From NCBI RefSeq assembly GCF_009914755.1, contig NC_060948.1: a DNA stretch of 64,000 nucleotides; one strand, given 5' to 3'. Positions within the stretch are counted from its first letter, which is position 1; every line of letters begins with the position of its first letter. This document shows positions 62,023 to 64,000 of the stretch, one piece after another. The notes under the pieces are model-generated. The model was not told where the DNA came from, did no database searches, and worked only from the letters and a program-made list of their open reading frames with translations. Made by a program: the position numbers and the translations under genes. The stretch comes from the human T2T-CHM13v2.0 reference genome, Homo sapiens.

Positions 62023-62844
62023 GTTTCTAAGTTTTTATCATTCAATCTTGGTACTTTATGTGTTTATATAAATTTATCAATTTCTTCTATGTTATTTAGT
62101 TTATTGGCAAATAATTGCTCACTGCAGTCCCCTTTGATCCCTTTCATATCTCAGCCATTCATTGTGATGTCTCCTCTCTTATTTCTTACTTGAGCCTTTT
62201 TTTTTCTTAGTGTGGCTAAGAATTAGTTTTATTTTTCAAAAAGTTAACAGTTTTATTGATTCTTTCTATTCTTCTATTCTCTGATTTCTGGGTAAACTTT
62301 GTTATTTCAATTTATTATTGCTTCACTGCTAAGTTTGAACTTTGTTTTCTTCTGAATTACTCAGTATGTTGTATTTTCATTTTCATTTGTTTTGAGCTTT
62401 TTTCCCCACTTTTCCTGTTATTGACTTTTTGTTTCTATAGTGATCAGAAAATATATCTCACTATGTTCTCAATCTTCCTAAATTTTAACTTGTCAAGTCT
62501 TTTTTTTTTTAAAGTTTTCTGTGTAAATGTTGAACCCATTTTTGAGGGGTATTAAAGTCTACTGCTATTATTATCATTCTGTGCATTTTTTCTTCTGATC
62601 TCTTATCACTTGCTTTATGTTTAGAAGTTCTACACATACACACACCCCCCCACACATATATACATATGTATAAAGAAATATTTATATATGTAGATGCGTC
62701 TATATATCTATATGTACAGACAAGGATATACACATAAATAAGGATGTGTAAATATATGTATGTAGATGCTAAATATAGATATATAGATACTTCTACATAC
62801 ATGAAGGTTTCTTTAGGCTGAACTTAAAAAACATCATGAACAAT

Positions 62845-63038
62845 CCTCCCACCACCTCCTCCTGAGTAGGTGAAATTAAAGAAATGCACCACAACGCCTG
62901 CCTAATTTTTGTATTTTTTGGTAGAGATGGGGGTCTCACTGTTTCCCAGGCAGATCTTGAACTCCTGGACTCAAGTGATCCACCTGCCTGAACTTCCCAA
63001 AGTGTTGGGATTACAGGCATGAGCCATTGTGCCTGGCC
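62845..63038 (-). mobile_element. Partial AluJ
   Basis: Antisense Alu, tail end missing. Confidence 0.8.
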
Positions 63039-63203
63039 TAATTTTTTAAAAAAAACATATCACCAAATGGACAAGTTATCCCACTGTCAGATAACGTTAT
63101 CACATTGTCAGAAAATGAAGGAGAGGAAAAAGATAACGAAAGGAAAACAGAGCTCATCTGGGTAACAGGAAGTAGAAGATATTTGCTTATAAAAGGAGAA
63201 ACC

Positions 63204-63516
<313 letters not shown>

Positions 63517-63554
63517 TCAGATTCAGAGAAGTAAAATACCATATATCCTTAACA

Positions 63555-64000
63555 TTGCTGTCCTTGCCTTCCCCAGGGTGTTGCTGAAAATGTCAGACTC
63601 AAATTTGGATAGCAGCAAGAATTTCTCTGAGGGGGAAGTAGATGATAAGGAAAGTATGATTTTGACATTGGTGCCAGTTAAAGATGATCCAACTATGGAA
63701 CAAATGAAACCAAGTTGTTTCTTCAATTTCTGATGTCAAACTGGAGAAATTTAAGAAATACAATCAAGGTCATCTACTTCAAACAAATGAACAATTTACA
63801 GTGCCACAAAAAACTAGATGAAAAATACTAGCACTTCCCTTGCCATTTTGCCTCCCATTAATAAGGTGTGTTGGGACCCTTTGTGGGATTGCTGTCAACA
63901 ACTCAGTTTGAGTACTAAAGGCAAGAAAACAGAAGTTAGTCTGAGGCTCCATAGGCATGCTTACCCTGAACAACAGCAAGATATGCTTGAAATGTCACAA
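63555..64000 (+). pseudogene. DPPA2P: DPPA2 processed pseudogene (runs off the window end)
   Basis: ATG 63590 gives [42 protein letters not shown]. After a +1 frameshift (~63716): [34 protein letters not shown] (TGA 63819). After a second frameshift: [43 protein letters not shown] (SAP domain). Matches DPPA2 as recalled and has no introns. Confidence 0.92.

Overview
Primate genomic DNA, almost certainly human because the full-length L1 carries human-specific L1HS-type diagnostics. The window is almost entirely interspersed repeats and contains no intact host protein-coding gene. 1-23,760 is a nested retroelement stack built on an old ERV1 (MER4-group-like) internal sequence. It holds an LTR10F solo LTR with an AP-1 VNTR that is itself split by a truncated HERV-E/LTR2 piece, a complete but internally deleted HERV-K(HML-3)/MER9 provirus, two tandem Alus with a full-length young L1 inside one of them (ORF1 and ORF0 intact; ORF2 killed by D702N plus a 1-bp frameshift), and a rearranged L1PA6-like element. 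23,760-63,500 is old L1M/L2/MIR/MaLR/hAT debris with about 30 Alus and solo LTRs (LTR7, MER61-like, LTR22). One unique-sequence island at about 36.3-37.9 kb looks like a decayed CpG-island promoter/first exon. The window ends in a DPPA2 processed pseudogene. From recall only, that combination suggests the X-degenerate Y region near TAB3P1/UTY (unverified). I found no evidence of a new multi-gene system. The most unusual signals are two locally templated inverted insertions, a Friedreich-ataxia-like GAA expansion in an Alu linker, a poly(A)-only retro-insertion, atypical L1/ERV insertion structures, and the promoter relic with a co-oriented LTR7 just upstream. Repeat subfamily names come from my memory of consensus sequences and need RepeatMasker/Dfam confirmation.
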